Shown piece after piece: positions 43,716-53,733 of a stretch of 64,000 bases of DNA (position 1 is the stretch's first letter; every line of letters starts with the position of its first letter). The DNA comes from Defluviitaleaceae bacterium (GTDB taxonomy: Bacteria; Bacillota; Clostridia; Lachnospirales; WQUN01), in assembly GCA_009786535.1 (NCBI GenBank), contig WQRX01000018.1, positions 8,513 to 72,512 on the forward strand, written 5' to 3'. Position numbers and translations under genes: made by a program. The notes under the pieces were generated by a model. That model did not search any database. It saw nothing but the letters and a program-made list of their open reading frames with translations, and was not told where the DNA came from.

Positions 43716-44506
43716 TGGCTTATTATAAAATTAACAAGCTAACCGACCGGCTCTACAGCATTTATGAACCGGCAGAGGTTTTTTGCTACCTATGGGTGGG
43801 GGAAAAAGCCGCTGTGCTATACGATACGACCTTCGGCATGGGCGATTTGGCACAGGCGGTGCACGAAGTAATTGGCGAGCTGCCTTTGCATGTGGTGCTG
43901 AGCCACGGGCATTATGACCATGTAAACGGCGCGGCACAGTTTAAAAGCGCGTATATTCACGCGGAGGATAAAGTGCTGTGCCTAAAGCACGCATCCCGCA
44001 CGGGGCGAAGGCGCGCCATTGATAATTACGCGATATACGAGCAACCACTCCCCGAAGGATTTGACGCAGATGTATACATTCACGCAGGGGCGGGAACGCT
44101 AAAAATGGTAGAAATTGGACATATTTTCGACCTTGGCAGCTTAACAATAGAAGTAGTTGCGTTGGAAGGGCACACCGCGGGGTCTATCGGCTTGCTTGCG
44201 CGCGAACCGCGTATTCTGCTAACAAGCGACGCGCTTGGTCCGCATCACTGGCTATTTTTAAACGAAAGCCTACCCATGACGGATTATCTCGCAATGCTAA
44301 CGCGGACGCAGCGCTTACCCTTCGATTTTTTTTACATCGGCCATTCCAACACGCCGCGCCCTATTTCCGAGCTGGATGCGTACAAAACCGTAGCACAAAA
44401 TGCCGTGGTAGAAAAATCCACCCCCTACCCCCGCTACCCCGAGTTGAACGGCTGGTTCTACAAAGAAGGCGATATAAGCATTGTATTTAACGCGCAAAAA
44501 TTGTAA
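43715..44506 (+). CDS. MBL-fold metallo-hydrolase
   Basis: ATG at 43715 after GAGGAGG (TAATG overlap with the MFS stop). HxHxDH motif: VLSHGHYDHVNGA. Confidence 0.8.
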   Translation: MAYYKINKLTDRLYSIYEPAEVFCYLWVGEKAAVLYDTTFGMGDLAQAVHEVIGELPLHVVLSHGHYDHVNGAAQFKSAYIHAEDKVLCLKHASRTGRRRAIDNYAIYEQPLPEGFDADVYIHAGAGTLKMVEIGHIFDLGSLTIEVVALEGHTAGSIGLLAREPRILLTSDALGPHHWLFLNESLPMTDYLAMLTRTQRLPFDFFYIGHSNTPRPISELDAYKTVAQNAVVEKSTPYPRYPELNGWFYKEGDISIVFNAQKL

Positions 44507-44542
44507 TATAGCGGAACACTTTTTTGGGAAGGAGCAGGCACC

Positions 44543-46771
44543 GTGACAGAAACGGCGATGAATCACAAAATCATTGACGAGGCATACAGTGCCTTGGTGG
44601 CGGTTATTAAAAGCTACCGCCCGCATACTTCTCTTGAATTGGTGGATGATGCGTTCAATTTTGCCCGCGAAGCGCATAAGACGCAATTTCGGCAGTCCGG
44701 TGAGCCATTTATCATGCACCCGTTAGCGGTTGCGACCATTCTTGCCGAAATGCGAAGCGACTTAGAGTCTATTGCCGCGGGCATTTTGCATGACGTGGTG
44801 GAGGATACGGAATACACCAACGCCGACATTAGCGAACGCTTCGGCAGTGAAATTGCGCTTATTGTAGACGGCGTAACCAAGCTGGAAAAGGTAGAATACA
44901 ACGAATACACCAACAAAACGCTGGCTAAAACCGACGAACAGGCGGAAAACTACCGCAAAATGTTCTTCCATATGTCGCAGGACATTCGCGTGCTGATTGT
45001 AAAAATTGCCGACCGCTTGCACAATATGCGCACCCTTTCTGCAAAGAAGCCTGAAAAACAACGGGAAACCGCGCAGGAAACGCTGGACATTTACGCACCC
45101 CTTGCGCACCGTCTGGGTATCGCCCGTTTGCGGTACGAATTAGAAGATTTAGCCTTCAAATACCACGACCGCGCCGACTATGATGAACTGGCAAAAAAAG
45201 TACAAATGAAGCGGGACGAACGACTTGCCGTCATTAACGTAGTTACTACGTCACTGGAGCTAAAGCTAAAAGAAGAAGGCATAAAAGCCCATGTAGAAGG
45301 GCGCCCCAAGCATTTTTACAGCATATATAAAAAAATGCGCGCACAGGATAAGACGTTAGACCAAATCTACGACTTGTTTGCTGTGCGTATTATTGTAGAG
45401 GAAATTTCGGACTGTTATGCGGCGCTGGGCTGGGTGCATACGCTGTACACGCCCGTGCCCGGGCGTATTAAGGATTATATTTCCATGCCCAAATTAAACC
45501 GTTACCAGAGCTTGCACACAACACTGGTTGGACCCGTAAACGGCGAACCCTTTGAAGTGCAAATACGCACGAGGGACATGCACGCCGTAGCGGAATACGG
45601 TATTGCGGCGCATTGGAAGTACAAGGAAGGCGGCAAGGACGCAAAGGACTCGTGGCTGGCAGATATTATGAGCTGGCAGCGCGAGCTTTCCAATAACGAG
45701 GAATTTTTGGACGCCTTGAAAATGGACTTGTCGGCATTCAAGGGGCATGTGTATTGCTTTACGCCTGCGGGGCAGGTAATTCCGCTGGCGGCGGGGGCAA
45801 ATACGATAGATTTTGCCTATGCCATACATTCCGCCGTGGGCAACCGAATGAACGGCGCGCGCGTAAACGGACGCATTGTAAATATGGACCATGTGCTTTC
45901 CACGGGCGACCGCGTGGAAATTCTCACAAGCCAAAACGTAAAGGGCCCAAGCCGTGATTGGCTAAAAATCGTAAAAACCGCACAGGCGCGTTCCAAGATA
46001 AACCAATGGTTTAAGCGCCAAAGCAGAGTGGAAAACATCGCAAAAGGGCGCGAATTATTAGAGGAAGTGGCGCTGCGCGAAGTGAAGGTTCCATTGGAAG
46101 AATTACTGGATGAAGGTCGCACCACCGATGCCCTTGCGCGTTTTAACTGCAAAGACCTCGACCAGCTCTTTGCCATGATTGGCGTAGGCGGGCTAAAGGA
46201 AAAGCAGGTAGCAAACCACCTTTTCCGCGAATGGGAGAAGGCGCAGCCCCTGCCCAGCGACGAGGAGATTCTGCAAACAATTAAGGACGAAGCCGCCGCA
46301 AACGCAACCCGCAAGAAAAAAAGCGGCATTGTAGTAAAGGGCATAGGCGATACCGATGTACGCTTTGCCAAATGCTGCGGTCCGCTACCCGGGGATGAAA
46401 TTTTGGGCTATGTAACGCGCGGGCGCGGTTTAACCGTACACCGCAGCGACTGCGTAAACATCACGCATATGGACGAACTGGACCGCCGCCGCCTAATGGA
46501 TGCGCAGTGGCAAGTACCCGAACGCGCGGGGCATACCTACCATACCGATTTGCACATTTTGTGTGACGACCGCGACGGCTTGCTTGCCGATGTGTACCGT
46601 GTTTTCCAAGAAGAAAAAATTAAAATCGACTCGTTAAGCGTGCGCTCGGACAAGGCGCTTGCACTGTTTAATATTGGCGTAGAGGTAACCGACGGCGAAC
46701 ATTTAACGCGCTTATTTACGCGCTTGCGCAGGGAGTACAGTATTCGGGAGCTATCACGGGTGAATGCGTAG
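44543..46771 (+). CDS. relA: Bifunctional (p)ppGpp synthetase/hydrolase
   Basis: 742 aa. HD domain (HPLAVATIL, LHDVVEDT), RelA_SpoT synthetase region (YSIYKKM, RIKDYISMPK.NRYQSLHT), and TGS and ACT domains. Confidence 0.93.
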   Translation: MTETAMNHKIIDEAYSALVAVIKSYRPHTSLELVDDAFNFAREAHKTQFRQSGEPFIMHPLAVATILAEMRSDLESIAAGILHDVVEDTEYTNADISERFGSEIALIVDGVTKLEKVEYNEYTNKTLAKTDEQAENYRKMFFHMSQDIRVLIVKIADRLHNMRTLSAKKPEKQRETAQETLDIYAPLAHRLGIARLRYELEDLAFKYHDRADYDELAKKVQMKRDERLAVINVVTTSLELKLKEEGIKAHVEGRPKHFYSIYKKMRAQDKTLDQIYDLFAVRIIVEEISDCYAALGWVHTLYTPVPGRIKDYISMPKLNRYQSLHTTLVGPVNGEPFEVQIRTRDMHAVAEYGIAAHWKYKEGGKDAKDSWLADIMSWQRELSNNEEFLDALKMDLSAFKGHVYCFTPAGQVIPLAAGANTIDFAYAIHSAVGNRMNGARVNGRIVNMDHVLSTGDRVEILTSQNVKGPSRDWLKIVKTAQARSKINQWFKRQSRVENIAKGRELLEEVALREVKVPLEELLDEGRTTDALARFNCKDLDQLFAMIGVGGLKEKQVANHLFREWEKAQPLPSDEEILQTIKDEAAANATRKKKSGIVVKGIGDTDVRFAKCCGPLPGDEILGYVTRGRGLTVHRSDCVNITHMDELDRRRLMDAQWQVPERAGHTYHTDLHILCDDRDGLLADVYRVFQEEKIKIDSLSVRSDKALALFNIGVEVTDGEHLTRLFTRLRREYSIRELSRVNA

Positions 46772-48209
46772 GGTTGTATGTGTAATGCACGGGCATTCTT
46801 TTGTGAATGAGGTGCAGACGGTTGCACAAATTTTTTTTGGGTTTGAAAAGGTTGAAGTTTTAGAGATGAAGGTCATGGACCCCGTCCACACCTGCGGTTT
46901 TCATCTTTTGACCTTAATTAATGACACGGCGGCTTTGGTAGTTGTTTTTGAAAACGGCGCAGAGGTTTCGCGGTGTTCTTTTTTATTGGGCGATACGGCG
47001 TTTGTAAATGCGGGGCTTTCGGCACGGCGGGTGCTTATGTTGGCGATGTTTCGGGCGTTGCAGGACGTAGTTCCTGTAGAAGCGCCGTGGGGGGCGCTTA
47101 CGGGTATTCGCCCTTCTAAGATGGTGCGCGGCTGGTTAGACGAGGGAAAAAGCGATACGGAAATTTTACAAATTATGACAGATACGCTGTATGCACGGGG
47201 GGATAAGGCGCAGCTTGCGGTAGATGTAGCCCATGCGGAACGGCGGTTAACCACGCAAATTTGGGCGGGGGCTGGCACACCCATCGCCATTTATATCGGC
47301 ATTCCGTTTTGCCCGTCGCGGTGCTTGTACTGCTCGTTTAACATGGCACACCGCCCGCCAACGCAGGACGAGTTGGAAGCATATACGGCAACGCTCGTCG
47401 CAGAAATGCGGGAAAAAGCGGCAGGATTACGCACGCTGGGCGGGCGCGTATCATCTATTTACATAGGCGGCGGAACGCCCACGGTACTGCCCGATGACTT
47501 ACTAACACGGCTGCTAAACGCGGCGGGCGAAAATTTTGCCCCAAGTAACGCAGTGGAGTACACCGTAGAAGCAGGGCGCCCCGATACACTAACCCCCAAG
47601 AATTTACGAATCCTACGCAACCACGGCGTAAACCGCATTGCCGTAAACCCCCAAACCCTTAACGACCGCACCCTAACCGCCATTGGGCGCAACCACACTG
47701 CCGCGGATTTTTTCCGTGCCTTCCAAGAAGCACGGGAGGCGGGCTTCCCCTGCATGAGTGCCGACCTCATCACAGGGCTGCCCAATGAAACCGTCGATGA
47801 TTTAACACGTTCGTTGGAATTATTGCTTCCCCTAAAGCCCGAAAATCTAACCATACACGCGCTGTCCGTAAAGCGGGCTTCTCAGTTAAATGCAGCACGC
47901 AGATTAAACGATAGCGTGCCGTTGGAAAATCCCTCCCTCGGCGGCGATTATGCCCCTTATTATTTATACCGCCAAAAAAACACCATCGGCTTGTTGGAAA
48001 ATGTGGGCTATTCTCTCGCGGGGTTTGAATGCCTGTACAACATCGGCATGATGAGCGAGGTACAAACCGTGCTGGGCATCGGCGCGGGTGCAGTAAGCAA
48101 ATATGTAACGGGGGAGAAAATTTCCCGCAAGTTTAACGAGAAAAACCCCGAGGTGTACGTAGCACGGCGAAAAAACCGTAATCGCCGTCTTCATAAAGCC
48201 GATGGATAA
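46764..48209 (+). CDS. hemZ: Radical-SAM coproporphyrinogen dehydrogenase HemZ-like
   Basis: 481 aa. IPFCPSRCLYCSF (CxxxCxxC). It has an N-terminal extension typical of HemZ rather than HemN. 8-nt overlap with relA. Confidence 0.7.
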   Translation: MRRVVCVMHGHSFVNEVQTVAQIFFGFEKVEVLEMKVMDPVHTCGFHLLTLINDTAALVVVFENGAEVSRCSFLLGDTAFVNAGLSARRVLMLAMFRALQDVVPVEAPWGALTGIRPSKMVRGWLDEGKSDTEILQIMTDTLYARGDKAQLAVDVAHAERRLTTQIWAGAGTPIAIYIGIPFCPSRCLYCSFNMAHRPPTQDELEAYTATLVAEMREKAAGLRTLGGRVSSIYIGGGTPTVLPDDLLTRLLNAAGENFAPSNAVEYTVEAGRPDTLTPKNLRILRNHGVNRIAVNPQTLNDRTLTAIGRNHTAADFFRAFQEAREAGFPCMSADLITGLPNETVDDLTRSLELLLPLKPENLTIHALSVKRASQLNAARRLNDSVPLENPSLGGDYAPYYLYRQKNTIGLLENVGYSLAGFECLYNIGMMSEVQTVLGIGAGAVSKYVTGEKISRKFNEKNPEVYVARRKNRNRRLHKADG

Positions 48210-48265
48210 GCGCGAGGGCTTTTTCTAAAATTCCCCGCCCCTTCCATATATTTATCACTTTTCGA

Positions 48266-49810
48266 CTATCTGCGATTTGCCAAAACCACATCGTCCACAG
48301 ATATTTCAAGCAACAAACCCAGCTCATGAAATTCTAATAATACACAAGGGCGATGGCGAAATATTTTGGTATAAAGTTCATCAAAGGAATACCTTGCCGC
48401 TAATTCAATAAGTTGTGCGTCACGCATTGGGCGCGTAAGTTCTCTAAACCCCGCTCGCCAATAATCATACATGCCCGATAACCTCATCGCATAATCAACA
48501 CAGGTATCCCAGCTAAACCCATTTAATTCATTGGCAATTATTAAATATGCCAGCGTGAATAACACATCCACATCTTCTATGGTGTAAATTCGAATGGGCG
48601 TTTCGGACGAAACCCTGCCTATATGAATAGTTCTCAAACAAAGGGTGTTGCGCGTGGGAGGATAACTGGCAATTTGCATAAAACTAAGCCCAAGGGTGTG
48701 TAACGGTTTTTTCAAATCTTCTAACGTATAAATGTGAGGTAAAGCTTGCGCTTCTCTATTTGTTTGCGTCGGTTGTTGCACATAAATTCCCTGTGCTTGG
48801 GTGTTTACCAACGCACCCATGCCCAGCATACACAGTAGAAGTACGCCGATAACAACGGGCACATTTCTTTTCCTGTAAGGTCGCATATCTAAAATATGCG
48901 TAATTCGTTTTTTCACTTCTTGCAAGCCACCCTCATAAAAATGGGTGGATAGTGCGATTTTTGTTTCTGTATGGTATTTAATTACATTGATAATAGTTTC
49001 GGTGTATTTTTGTCGGGTGTCTGCGTTTGTGTTGATAATCACTTCTGCATCGCAGGAAATCTCACATTGTTCATTGATGGCGCGGGCAATGATATAAACC
49101 AAAGGATTAAACCAATGCATGGCTGTGGCAACCATAATCAAGCATTTATACAGCAAGTCTTTGCGTTTATAATGCACAAGTTCGTGAGTGAGAATGAGGG
49201 TAAGTGCATCTATAGGTATTTTTTCATCGGGTAATAATATTTTGGGATTGAATAGACCGTACAGCATAGGTGTGTTGATGCTCTCGCAATGCAATAGTTC
49301 GATTTTTCGTTTAATACCCATTTTTTCTTTTAACACATGGAAGGTTAGCAATGTTTCTTCATCTTCTATTAACTCACCCCAGCGTTTTACCATCATGGTA
49401 AATTGAAAATGGCGTTTGAAGTGAAGCAGGAGAAACGCTGTTGCACCTACCAGCCATATGCCTATTGCAACATTCAACCAAGGTATAGCACGGGCAAGTG
49501 CCGCATCAGCAGTGACTGCCGTGGCAGTCCAATCAGCCGGGTGCATATTGCCTACAGTAACACCACCACCATCAAACGAAGATGAAGCTCCCTGTAGCAT
49601 TGCTATATTTGATAATGGAAAGTGAAAAATAGCATGGTCGAAGTGGGGTCGAATGGGGATAATTAACCCTAAAATAATAACCAGCCAAGCGTAATACCAC
49701 CCTTTTATGAAGTAACGGCGCGATAAAAAAGTTTGCACCCCCCAATATGCCATGGCAAGTAATGACATGGTGGCGGAGCAAATCAACAATGCAATAAATA
49801 ACCCTTGCAT
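48266..49810 (-). CDS. BlaR1/MecR1-type M56 peptidase signal transducer with a non-PBP extracellular domain
   Basis: 514 aa. TM segments plus HELVHYKRKD (HExxH) of the M56 family. The C-terminal ~190 aa after the last TM lack SxxK/KTG motifs. AT-rich. Confidence 0.75.
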   Translation of the reverse strand: MQGLFIALLICSATMSLLAMAYWGVQTFLSRRYFIKGWYYAWLVIILGLIIPIRPHFDHAIFHFPLSNIAMLQGASSSFDGGGVTVGNMHPADWTATAVTADAALARAIPWLNVAIGIWLVGATAFLLLHFKRHFQFTMMVKRWGELIEDEETLLTFHVLKEKMGIKRKIELLHCESINTPMLYGLFNPKILLPDEKIPIDALTLILTHELVHYKRKDLLYKCLIMVATAMHWFNPLVYIIARAINEQCEISCDAEVIINTNADTRQKYTETIINVIKYHTETKIALSTHFYEGGLQEVKKRITHILDMRPYRKRNVPVVIGVLLLCMLGMGALVNTQAQGIYVQQPTQTNREAQALPHIYTLEDLKKPLHTLGLSFMQIASYPPTRNTLCLRTIHIGRVSSETPIRIYTIEDVDVLFTLAYLIIANELNGFSWDTCVDYAMRLSGMYDYWRAGFRELTRPMRDAQLIELAARYSFDELYTKIFRHRPCVLLEFHELGLLLEISVDDVVLANRR

Positions 49811-49814
49811 ATAT

Positions 49815-50195
49815 TCACGTTCCTTTCTGTTGGTTTACCCATTTTTGCAATTCGTCAATTTCTTCGGCGGTAAACGATTGGCGGCTGCTCAACGAAGCTA
49901 CTAAATTAAAGAATGAGTTGTTATGAAATTGTTTGAGAAAATTTCCCGTTTCAAATTCTAAATAATCTTCTTTTTTCACCAACGGGTAATACGTCCGCTC
50001 TTTACCTATTTTTTCTGTGCGAAGAAAGCCGCGCTCCACCAGTCGAAGCATAAGCGAGATAGTCGTCTGCGCTTTCCATTCGCGTTCGTTGCCTAATTGC
50101 TGCATAACAATGTTGGTGGTAATCGGTGGTTCGTTTGCCCAAACTACTTTCATAATTTCAAATTCTGCATCGGGTAACTTCTTAAATTTAGTCAT
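49815..50195 (-). CDS. BlaI/MecI/CopY-family winged-helix repressor
   Basis: ATG at 50195 with GGAGTG upstream. LPDAEFEIMKVVWANEPPITTNIVMQQL...TTISLMLRLVERGFL. Confidence 0.85.
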   Translation of the reverse strand: MTKFKKLPDAEFEIMKVVWANEPPITTNIVMQQLGNEREWKAQTTISLMLRLVERGFLRTEKIGKERTYYPLVKKEDYLEFETGNFLKQFHNNSFFNLVASLSSRQSFTAEEIDELQKWVNQQKGT

Positions 50196-50354
50196 AATAA
50201 AACACTCCATTCTTTTTCGGCGGCTGCCTACGCTGATATTCTACATGCGCCTTATTCTGTTGTCAAGGATTTCTAAATTATTTTTTGCATTTCCTCCCGC
50301 AGTGGGTAAAAAGTTTATTTTGCGTTACAATATACCCCAAAGGGGGCAACTACT

Positions 50355-51416
50355 ATGCTAAACCCAACCGAACACAGTACCTTCGCTGATACATACGAAC
50401 GGCTGCGCAGCTTATGTATCCGCATTGCCTACCGCATCACAAACGACGCGGGACTGGCAGAGGACGTGGTACATAGTGCCTTTGAAAAAATTATGGCGCA
50501 CAAGGACAAATTTTTCACCCTGCCTGATGAAAAGCGGGACGCGTACATCGTAGCCATGGTGAAAAATAAAGCCATCGACAGCCTGCGCAGTAAGCATAAC
50601 AACGACGTGGTGTGGGACGAAGCAAACGAAAAAGACTGGCAGCTAAGCACCCTTTCCGACGTAGAAAAAACCTACGAGGATAAGGAAGGCTACACCTATA
50701 TTTGCGCCCTTATTAAAGAGCTGCCGCCCCTGTATCGGGTCGTTTTTGAAATGCGCTACATTGCGGGCTATACAAACGAAGAAATAGCCAATGCGCTGGA
50801 TATCGAAAAATCCGCCGTTTCCACCCAGCTTGTACGCGCGCGGGAAAAAATGCGCAAGAAAATTAGCAAAAAATATCTTATTTTATTGGCGGCGGCATTG
50901 CTTACGGTAAGTGCCCTCTTGTTTAACGACGATGTACGCGCCGCTACGGTGGGACGGCTTGCCAACTGGCTGCGCTTTACGGTCTTACAATTCCAAGGGG
51001 AAGGCATTGACGAAAGCATTCGCCATTATTTTTGGCAGCCCGCCTATGTACCAAGCGAGCTTACGCTTATAACAAATGAACACTATTTGGACGATGACAA
51101 AGGTGCATTCACCTTCATGTTTTTTGCCTCCGACCATTTGCACGTAATGTTCTCTGCCCATTGGATGTTTTACGCACAAGACGGCACAGGCGGGGGAAGA
51201 GGCATTCCCGCCGAAGGCGCAACTCACCAAATATATGCCCAAAACGGCATCGAATACCACCTTATCATCGCCCAAACCGAAGACGCAGCCCGAATGCTTG
51301 GTAACCTGCCTGTATCAATTTTTTGGGAATACAGGGGCTTCACCTTCCAAATGCAAGGCACAAACGACCCCGAAACGCTGCTAAAAATGGCGGTTTCCGT
51401 CGCGCCTGTTTTTTAA
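50355..51416 (+). CDS. ECF-type sigma-70 factor fused in one chain to a TM helix and a DUF4367-like anti-sigma ectodomain
   Basis: 353 aa. Region 2: DAGLAEDVVHSAFEKIM...AYIVAMVKNKAIDSLR. Region 4: LPPLYRVVFEMRYIAGYTNEEIANALDIEKSAVSTQLVRAREKMR. Then a TM segment YLILLAAALLTVSALLF and a ~170-aa C-terminal domain (PAYVPSELTL...WEYRGFTFQMQGTNDPETLLKMAVSV). No stop or frameshift between the parts. Confidence 0.75.
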   Translation: MLNPTEHSTFADTYERLRSLCIRIAYRITNDAGLAEDVVHSAFEKIMAHKDKFFTLPDEKRDAYIVAMVKNKAIDSLRSKHNNDVVWDEANEKDWQLSTLSDVEKTYEDKEGYTYICALIKELPPLYRVVFEMRYIAGYTNEEIANALDIEKSAVSTQLVRAREKMRKKISKKYLILLAAALLTVSALLFNDDVRAATVGRLANWLRFTVLQFQGEGIDESIRHYFWQPAYVPSELTLITNEHYLDDDKGAFTFMFFASDHLHVMFSAHWMFYAQDGTGGGRGIPAEGATHQIYAQNGIEYHLIIAQTEDAARMLGNLPVSIFWEYRGFTFQMQGTNDPETLLKMAVSVAPVF

Positions 51417-51473
51417 GCCCCGCTCCATCGTTATAAATATATGGGAAACATTTCACAACAAGGAGTGGTAAAA

Positions 51474-51920
51474 ATGCAAGTAAATTCCGGTGTATCAATA
51501 AGCAACAACACACAAGTTAAAATGCCCGAGCCTGCCGCAGGGGAACGCTGGACGGGCTTTAACGGCTACGCAACCGACATTTTGCGCTCTATGCGCGAGG
51601 CGGGTTTTTCGGAAGAGGAAATTGCAAGCCGCCGCCTTCACCGAGAGTTGGGTTCGCGCTTTGATACGCAAACGGTGAAAGCAAATTTCCTGTACCAGCG
51701 CGCCAACGGCACGGGCGACCGCGCAGTGGGTACGTTCCAAATGGGTGCGCCCCCTGCGGCACATCTCGCCAATGTGGAAAATATTTTGCTGGAACTCATC
51801 GGCAATGCCGTAAACGAAGCCGACGATTTGCACCGCACCCACTGGATACAAGCCCTGCAAAATATGCTCGCCAACACCCGCAACATGCTAAACGGCAGCC
51901 TGTTTAGCGCAACGGTTTAG
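51474..51920 (+). CDS. Hypothetical protein (148 aa)
   Basis: ATG at 51474 after AAGGAGTGG. No recognisable motif. Helical C-terminus (WIQALQNMLANTRNMLNG). Confidence 0.5.
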   Translation: MQVNSGVSISNNTQVKMPEPAAGERWTGFNGYATDILRSMREAGFSEEEIASRRLHRELGSRFDTQTVKANFLYQRANGTGDRAVGTFQMGAPPAAHLANVENILLELIGNAVNEADDLHRTHWIQALQNMLANTRNMLNGSLFSATV

Positions 51921-51931
51921 GGGGAATTGCC

Positions 51932-52369
51932 ATGAATATCACAAATAATAACCCCAACTACGTGCCCCAATACGCAACATGGCGGGGCGAAACGGTGCGC
52001 AACACAGGCAACCTTACCCAAGACGTATTGCTTGAGCGCAAATTTAACCTTGAAATTAACCGCCGTATCGACCCCAACGGCGGTCTGATGAGTGCCCACA
52101 TAAACCAAATTAACACAATGCGCCTTAATGCACAAAATATCGGCGGTAACGCGCCAGGCATAAGCATAAACACCCCAACCCAAGCCATGGAAACCTTTAA
52201 CAATCGGCGCGTCAGCGCCATTCGCCAACTCATGGGCGAACAGGAAGAAGGCTCCCTTGCCATGAATGTATTGCAAGGAATGCTGGAGCGCACGTTAAAC
52301 CCGCCTTCCAACGGGTTAATGCACGCGCGCTATGCCCCGCGCCCGGGCGGAGTGGATGCGAGGGTGTAG
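51932..52369 (+). CDS. Hypothetical protein (145 aa)
   Basis: ATG after GGGGGA. Asn-rich N-terminus and a helical C-terminus (NVLQGMLERTLNPP). No recognisable motif. Confidence 0.5.
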   Translation: MNITNNNPNYVPQYATWRGETVRNTGNLTQDVLLERKFNLEINRRIDPNGGLMSAHINQINTMRLNAQNIGGNAPGISINTPTQAMETFNNRRVSAIRQLMGEQEEGSLAMNVLQGMLERTLNPPSNGLMHARYAPRPGGVDARV

Positions 52370-52441
52370 GCACATTGACACAACTGCAGTTCCCCATGGT
52401 AAAATGCACTTCCGAGAAAGCAAGAAAGGAAGTGTATTTTT

Positions 52442-53677
52442 ATGACCCAAGCTCCTAAAGGCACACACGATATATACGGCGAGGAAATGCGCCTGTGGCG
52501 CAAAGCCGAAACGGAAATTCGGAGTATAACCGATGTTTTCGGCTATCATGAAATTCGCACCCCCATGTTCGAAGCGACGGAGCTTTTCCTGCGCGGTGTG
52601 GGCGATACGACGGACATTGTGCAAAAAGAAATGTATACCTTCCAAGACAAGGGCGGCAGAAGCATGACCCTGCGCCCCGAGCAAACGGCGGGGGTGGCGC
52701 GGGCGTTTATTGAGCGCGGACTGCACAACGCCCCCCAGCCTACCAAGGTATTCTATATTGGACCGTGCTTTCGGTATGAGAAGCCCCAGTCGGGGCGCTA
52801 CCGCCAGCATTACCAGTTTGGGGTGGAGTGCTTTGGCGCGGGCAGCCCCGCCGTGGAAGCCGAAGTAATTTCCCTGGGGCATACGCTTATTTCGCGCTTG
52901 AGCATCACCGGGGTACAGGTGCATATCAACAGCATCGGCTGTGTGGAATGCCGCATTGCATACAACGAAAAGCTTCGTGCCTTCCTCGCGGAAAAATTGG
53001 AAAGCCTATGCGGTTTATGCGCCGGTCGTTACGAGAAAAATCCCCTACGCGTGCTGGACTGCAAAAGCCCCAATTGCCAAGCACAAATCACGGAAGCCCC
53101 CGCAACTACGTCTTGCTTATGCAAAGAATGCGAAAACCACTTCGCTACGCTGCAAGATTTGCTCACGCAAATGGGCGTCCCCTATATTGTTGACGCAAAA
53201 GTAGTGCGCGGGCTGGACTATTACACCCGCACCGTATTCGAATTTATCAAAGATGGCGGGCAAACCGTCATTGGCGGCGGGCGATATGACGGGCTAATTA
53301 AGCAACTGGGCGGTACAGATACCCCCGCCGTAGGTTTTGGCATGGGTATGGAACGGCTTACGTCCCTTATCAACGAAACCAACCCAACAGACGAAACAAC
53401 CCCCGTCATCTTCATTGGCCATGCAGATGAAAAAGGCTTTACCGCCGCGTGTAAGCTTACCGACGACCTGCGCAAAATGGGCATTCGCGCCGTAAACGAC
53501 CCCGCAAACCGCAGCGTAAAGGCACAAATGAAATACGCGGACAAAATAAACGCCCGATTCACCACCATTTTAGGCGAAAGTGAAGTAACAAGCGGCGCGT
53601 GCAAAATCCGCAATATGCAAACCCGCGAGGAAATAACGCTTCCGCTGGCAAATGTTTCTACCTATATTCAACCGTAA
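52442..53677 (+). CDS. hisS: Histidine--tRNA ligase
   Basis: 411 aa. Class II motifs: RLWRKAE..., LRPEQTAGVARA, FRYEKPQSGRYRQHYQFGVE, GGGRYDGL. Confidence 0.93.
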   Translation: MTQAPKGTHDIYGEEMRLWRKAETEIRSITDVFGYHEIRTPMFEATELFLRGVGDTTDIVQKEMYTFQDKGGRSMTLRPEQTAGVARAFIERGLHNAPQPTKVFYIGPCFRYEKPQSGRYRQHYQFGVECFGAGSPAVEAEVISLGHTLISRLSITGVQVHINSIGCVECRIAYNEKLRAFLAEKLESLCGLCAGRYEKNPLRVLDCKSPNCQAQITEAPATTSCLCKECENHFATLQDLLTQMGVPYIVDAKVVRGLDYYTRTVFEFIKDGGQTVIGGGRYDGLIKQLGGTDTPAVGFGMGMERLTSLINETNPTDETTPVIFIGHADEKGFTAACKLTDDLRKMGIRAVNDPANRSVKAQMKYADKINARFTTILGESEVTSGACKIRNMQTREEITLPLANVSTYIQP

Positions 53678-53709
53678 AGGATTTGATAAAACAAAACTCA
53701 CTGTATATA

Positions 53710-53733
53710 ATACCCCCCAATGGGGGTATTTTT
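53710..53733 (+). terminator. hisS terminator hairpin whose 3' arm carries the SD of the next gene
   Basis: ATACCCCC-caat-GGGGGTAT followed by TTTT, then the ATG at 53734. Confidence 0.65.

Noticed and set aside
52370-52441. T-box leader upstream of hisS
   Set aside because: The gap is only 72 nt and is occupied by a TTGACA ... TGGTAAAAT promoter-like sequence and the SD. That is too short for the specifier, T-box and terminator architecture.
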